DNA of 55,316 nucleotides, filler included, from Sphacelaria rigidula (lineage: Eukaryota): assembly GCA_964200075.2 (NCBI GenBank). It is 6 parts of 6 records of this genome, joined end to end, with 100 filler letters (N's around TTAATTAATTAA, not from the genome) between each part and the next. Parts side by side here need not be neighbours in the genome. Positions count along the whole stretch, not along the records: positions 46,182 to 55,316 come from CAXNAA020009214.1; 5 more parts are not named here. The stretch is one strand, 5' to 3'. Of the stretch, positions 49,017 through 55,316 are shown piece after piece. Made by a program: the position numbers and the translations under genes. The notes below the pieces were generated by a model. That model searched no databases. It was not told the origin of the DNA and was given only the letters and a program-made list of their open reading frames with translations. Position 1 is the first letter of the stretch, and every line of letters begins with the position of its first letter.

Positions 49017-52000
49017 TCAACCTGTTCGAAAATACATGGTCTTGACATCTTGAGCCTTCGTCCTCGCCCATTTTCCTGCATGCAATCAAATCCTGCCTGT
49101 TCGCTGTATGGTGCAAGCATCTACATACATATATATATATATATATGTGGTTCATACAACTTTCTCGTTCATCCATTCGATATCCGAATTGTATGTTGGC
49201 AACTTGCATAGTCTCCACGATAAACACACGAGTCGTTTAGTACAGGCCAACAACTTCCATCAGATTATTTCCGGTGTAAATCTCGGCAAAGGAATGTGTG
49301 GAACCCATGGACTCCCAAGATCAGAAGAATGTAGCCTTGCCCCCGGGACGGTCATAGCGCGCAGACAGGTAGACGGTCATCTTCGAATTGATTGTCGGAG
49401 CACGCGCATGTAGACGGTCATCTTTGAATGGATTGTCAGAGCGTGCACAAGTAGATGGTCTTCTTCGAATTGATTGTCGGAGTGTGCACGATTATACTTC
49501 CTCTGTCTCATAAGTCTGGGTACCTATGCTGGGGGAGACCGTTAACGGTCTCGGATGTCTTCGGCGATATTTTTTTTCGAAATCTTGAGCGTTTTTTGGG
49601 TTGAAAAACATTTTTTTTTCTTGCGCACTACCCTGCATGGGCTAGTGGCTAACAAAAAAGTAGTCAGGCCGAAAATGGCCATATTTGACCCCTTCTTGAG
49701 GGGGGCGGGATGGGGGCACTATGGAAAATACAAGTAGAAACCCCCCAAGAATATCCTCAACCATAAACCTAGCCCCTCGCTACTTAACGACGCATGTCGC
49801 GTCCCCCTATACTAAAACCAGTATAATTTTGACCCCACACTGAAAACAAAAACACTTGGGGGTTCCACACTAAAACCAATACACTCCAGCCCGAGCGCGT
49901 TCAGCTGATCGGACACCTGCCAGAGGGTGAATGTCCGGTTCTGCTGGTTGACCTTCTTCAGCGCCGCCACCTTCGATGGAGTAAGCAGCGACGGCAGCCC
50001 TTTCTTTTCCTGTGTGGAAAGGTCGACCTCCTGCTTGGCATCGATCTGGCTCTCAACGTCTAGCCACAACTTCGATGGGTACTTGGGGCTAGCACCGTAC
50101 TTTCCGCAGATCGGGCCCATCGCGACCTTGGGCTCCCGCACCTTTCCTGCCGGAAAAGCCAGCGCAACCTCCACCGCAATTGCAATGCGGCGGCCCTCTG
50201 ATAGCTCGCCACCCGTAGAGCGAGGTGGGGGGGTACTTGGGGGCGTATCCATCGTTTGTAGTGCGTGGGGGGTAGGTTTGGGGTGGTAATCACGAAGGAT
50301 CACAAGAATTCTCATAAAAATTATCAAAAACATTCTCGAAAATATTCTCAAAATAGGGCAAAAATGGGCATATTTTGACTTTATTTCAGTATAAACAACT
50401 AACTTTTTTTTCAACTTTTTTTTGCATCAGCTTCGTTGGCGTTTTATCTTTCCAACAAACCCAACTATAGGATGATCGGAATAGTGTGCATAACGAAAAA
50501 TTGAAAGTACATATAGGTACCCAGACTTATGAGACAGAGGAAGTAGACGGTCAACGGGAACTGACGGAGCATCCGCCTGGTGGCCTCATGCAAACACATT
50601 AGCATGCAGCTTCACTCATAGCCGCTCAATCGTTGTGGATCTGGGTTGATTATCACACTCATGAGTAGCTACATAGAAATCGGCAGGCACCAACAATATT
50701 TTTGACGAGCAACTGTGTCAGGCTTCATGCAGTTCTGTGACCCACCGCTGCGGGTAATATTAATCAAATAATGGTGTGTTCAACCGTGCACCTGGAAACA
50801 CCCACCCACGTATTCGCAGTTGGGTTTGATCTCTTAGAATCGAAACAACTTCACAAAACTCTCCATTCATTTTACGCATGCATGGCTTGTTTATACTCTA
50901 TGAAGATATCTACCAAGGGCGCAAACGATCAAACAGGGGGACCACGTAGAGATTTCATCCATTTTCCACGATAAAATAGCATTTCGAGCATTAATGATTT
51001 GCCCCCCCTGACCAGGGGGTAGGGTGAATACTTCATGTTTGGTTCATTCAAGCCTCGCAATTTGTGTTCACGGCTAATCGGTACCGTGCCTGGTGGCATG
51101 TATGCAGACAGTATGGCATTACGGTTAGACAAACAGATTTCCGTGCATTAGCGGACGGCAGCGTAACAATGTCATCCTCTATCAGTGGCATATACGGTCA
51201 TGTACGAGGTGCGGTTATTAGGTGCACATGGAAACGATCACCCATGTATTGAAAGTCGTGAAGTAAAGTCAAAGTACATGGTTGGGTCTGATTTCTTCAA
51301 TATCGGGGCAGACATAACATAGCCCCGAAGTTCTCAAGCATGTATGACTCGCCCATACCCTTTCGAGCTATCCACCACGGGCAAAGCTATCAATCACGGG
51401 GAACCACGTTGAAGTGACATTCAATTTCCATGACAATAACACACATTTAACGCATCAATGATCTGTTCCCCCCCTGACCGGGGTAGGGTAAATACCCCAT
51501 GTTGATTCAAGCTTCGCAATTTCCGCTCACGACGAATCGGCTCACATGGTATCGTGCCTTGTAGCATGTATGCACAACCAGTATGGTATTACGGTCACAC
51601 AAGCAGTTTCGTGAATTTGCAAAGCATAGAGTAAAATGACATTCTTTCACCGTTGCATACGTGGTCATGCATGAAATACTCTAGCAAGTGGTTCGCGTTG
51701 CTAAAAGTATATGCTGTACTTGTTACTAGTTGTAGCCGACAGCATCTCGATAGCTCCTGTGTATCTTTTCCGCAGGCAGTTCGTTAACTCCCATCTGCTG
51801 GTTGATATCGCGTTCAGTAGTTTCACTCAGGCAACACGACCATCACTACCTCGTGTGTCCCCACAGTATATAGTCTCGAATAGACAGTACACGGCAGAGG
51901 TTCTTCCGCATGCATAATCCGGCATTTGAGATTCGATGGTGATTCGGAATAGTTTTTCTCCAAAGACAGTAAAAGCGCATTACTCATGAAGGGTTAGAAT

Positions 52001-55000
52001 GAGTACACCGTTGGGGTTTTAAGGGGGAGATATTGCAGGCCGTATACAATCAGTACAGTCATCTTGTACAGCCATATTGTAATAGCAATCGTAAATCAAT
52101 CAGGCTGTAGCAAGCAGTAGTACATACAGTAGTCCACAATACTGTATAGCGTCTTCATACTCACAGCGACAGGGCGGCGTAAAGGCACATCTGCGCAGTT
52201 TATAGAGGAGCATCGTTTATTTCATTCACATGACGGGGTGTAAAGATTCATCGCTTCAACGTTTTTCTGGCCATGTGTGAAAGATTTTACCTGCCACGGC
52301 ATATAAAGCAAGCATAGCATAACATGGTCTTTTACGTGGTCGCAGGTGATACCCCCCCTAGCTTCATGTAACATCATGTTTCCCCATATACACCTTCGTG
52401 CGCTTCTCTCACTATCTGTTTGGTGGTCTGCCTCTCGGTTACAACGTGTCAAGGCAAACGTAAGGTTGGATAGCAGCAGACCGATGACGGTACTTGGGGC
52501 GGGGGATTGCACTTCAAATACCCTCTAAAATATCACATAATTGATTATTTTATCGAGTAACGGCGGGCATGTGGAGAATACAGTAACCAGCAAGCTTGAT
52601 GTGTGAGGCAGCATAGCGTCGCTCCTTTCAGCTGCCTTGCGCAGCAGAAATCATACAGCAGCTGTTTCATGGAAATATTTAGCAAAGCAGTGTGGAGAGT
52701 CATGCAATCCTAGTATCCACCGTGACTCTACTCAATCAGGTCTACACGACAAGATTTGACCTGTCACGGTTATAAAGCAAGCACGGCTTTGTCTCATCAG
52801 ACGGCGGAATCATAGCCTACAGTAAAACTGAGCAGCTGCGTTACACAGCAGAACTCGGGCGTACAGCAGTTATGGCATCCAAGAATACAGCAAAGCGGTG
52901 TAGTGAATCATTTCATCTTGGCGTCAAGCGTGATGTGGTGTATAAAGCAAGCATCAAGCTGTCTCATCTCACAGCTCCTTGCACGATCGGCTTTCACATT
53001 TCGATCCTGTGCACTCATTTTTTTTATTTCAAGGCGTAAGGGAGATCATCTATCACTTCTAAAAACCCGCCGCAATTATATGGCAATGTGTATAGGGCGT
53101 ACTCAATGCATGGTGACCGAAAAATTGGCTCAAGTGGGTCGGTTTTTAGCGACATGGGGTAATATCTCGTCGAACAGTAAGGCACGATTGGTGTAGGATA
53201 ATGATGAGGGATGACTGGTAGCATTCAAATGACAACAGTGCGCCGCATCAGGTTACAGGAATATGGGTATCAGCCTGGTTCGTGCACTATCCAAGCGTTA
53301 TGCAAATTCATGTTTAGTAACAGTGTGCACACAGCAGATCGCCTTCTGTAATACAAGTTCAACAGCAAGAGAGAGTACATCAACAGTTTGATTCAACCAG
53401 TTTCTGGTCTAGGTGGAGGATATCTCTGATTTTTCATAGGGTACAGCAAGCTCCAATTTAAGCAGGCAACACTGAAACGGCATCACTGCACCCCAGGATA
53501 TAGATATATATGTGTGCGCTTATTGCAGACACGAGATGCCGTAGAAACGCGGCTTCACGTGGCCAGGAGTAAGCGCTGCATGGATGCAGTAACTTGACTC
53601 AAAACGACAGCATCAGCGCATCTGTTCGGTATATCTCTGGCTGCACAATCAGTCCCACGTTTCACAGTAGCGAGTGACGGTTAACGAGTTTATATCCAAC
53701 CCACATGCAGCATAGACCAAGCGCCATCCCCACGTCATCCAGTAAACCGTGAAATTACTTCAAGCGGGTAGCCAGGTGTTATCAGTATCAGCCATCATTT
53801 CTTTTCCCTGCATAGGTTACAGCTTGTTATAGACGCGTTGTGGTCGTGCACAGATGCTATAGAAACGCGGCTTCGCGAGATTAACACTGCATGCATGCGG
53901 TAGGTTGTTTTGGTCAGTTGAATTTTTCAAAATTTCGAATCATCCACACTTATACTACAAAATGTCTCTACGGGTATTATTTATTGTCTGTATACAACAT
54001 GCGGACGTCGGGACAGCTGACTTTGTTGAGCTTCCCTGCGGAGACACGGTCTGCAGACTCTACATGAGCTAACTCGCATCACGAGCTGAAATGCGGGTAA
54101 CTGCTGCAGCAACCTCCCCAGCTTGACCACCCATATATGCTTGCATGGACGTGAGGGTATCACATACCATTGCTGGCCATTTGGTGCGCTGCTACGCACT
54201 CCCAGACGTCACCACGATTATCACATGAAGCGAAGAACGGAATTGCACTCCAATCTTTTATTGTATAAGGACTGAAGGATCACGTCAACTGATGTTTCGT
54301 TAGCACGAGCATTTTGTAAATCGTAGGAAGGAGTGATCAATATGCCACAGATGACAACAGTCGACACAATAGTCCCGAAATTATACTGTTACTTATCTGG
54401 GTATGTGCCCACTGGCGTGCGTCATGGGCGGCACATTTACCAGCTCCACTTATTTTGTCATGGAAAATGGATGAAATCTCTACGTGGTACCCCTGTTTGA
54501 TCGTTTGCACTTTTGGTAGACATCTTCGAAAGTATAAACGAGCCATGCATGCATAAAACGAATGGAGAGTTATGTGAAGTTGTTTCGATTCTCAGAGATC
54601 AAACCCAACCATGTACTTCTAGCTTTTTGACTGCGAATACGTGGGTGGGTGTTTCCAGGTGCACTGTTGAACATATCATTATTTGATTAATATTACGCGC
54701 AGCGGTGGGTCACAGGACTGCATGAAGCCTGCAACAGTTACTCGTCAAAAATATTGTTGGTGCCCGCCTGCCGATTTCTAGGCAGCTACTCATGAGTGTG
54801 ACAATCAACCCAGATCCAAAACGATTGAGCGGCTATGAGTGAAGCTGCATGCTAATGTGTTTGCACGAGGCCACCAGATGGACACTACACCATCTCCCGT
54901 TGTCTATCTACTCTGCGTCTATCGGCAATCCAATTCCAACGCGGTTTGTCTGTCCGTGCATGCTATGACCACCATCAGACAAGGCTGCATTCGTCTGGGC

Positions 55001-55316
55001 AGGGCTTCTGGTCTTGAGGGTCTACGGGTTCCACCCATTATTTTGCCGAAATATATCGAACAGAAACCGACCAGACGGTTGGCTGACACTGAACAACGTA
55101 AGTAATAAATGTGGACATTATGCACTATGCTAGCATGGAGGCCCAACAACGTGCGAATAAATACGGGAATACGCGTGAGCCCGGAGTATGCGTGCGTTAT
55201 ACAATAGGCTCACCCACGAGCAGGCAGGAAATCACTACACACAGGGAGATGAAGGAGAACGAAGACCCAAGATAACAAGACCGTGTTTAGCCGAACAGGT
55301 TATAGGAGCCATATTT
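49017..55316. mobile_element. Foldback-like element with ~0.9-kb inverted arms (49017-50980 excluding the mariner insert, and 54451-55316) around a ~3.5-kb non-coding spacer
   Basis: Direct reverse-complement comparison shows strong similarity of 50575-50980 to 54451-54880 and weaker but colinear similarity of 49017-49490 to 54900-55305. Confidence 0.8.
49497..50543 (-). mobile_element. Internally deleted Tc1/mariner element (Stowaway/plant-mariner-like termini) keeping the transposase N-terminus
   Basis: Perfect 31-bp TIR CTTCCTCTGTCTCATAAGTCTGGGTACCTAT; TA TSD; ORF from ATG 50252 (MDTPPSTPP...ELSEGRRIAIA...LW...RTFTLWQVSDQLNALG) is HTH-like, with no DDD catalytic domain. Confidence 0.88.

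Overview
Eukaryotic, intron-rich, repeat-rich genomic DNA. A brown alga or related stramenopile is inferred from intron style, composition and repeat landscape; this is not proven. The window is not one locus. It is six contigs (9137, 9137, 9136, 9136, 9135 and 9135 bp, sorted by size) joined by artificial 100-bp N44-TTAATTAATTAA-N44 spacers. Three spliced genes can be rebuilt by hand. (1) A 5'-truncated PWWP-domain chromatin protein with a long Gly/Gln-rich tail and one GC-AG intron (+, to 8633). (2) A 3'-truncated uncharacterised protein with an INRSPVMVLWAA motif (-, 17471 to 10399). (3) A 3'-truncated, membrane-anchored YHS-domain protein (-, 43358 to 37775). The rest is decayed LINE and LTR remnants, SINE-like repeats and many TIR elements/MITEs, several with visible target-site duplications. 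The most striking structure is in the last contig: a foldback-like element of at least 7 kb. Its ~0.9-kb inverted arms run outward into a 40-bp higher-order tandem array, and two younger transposons are nested in its left side.
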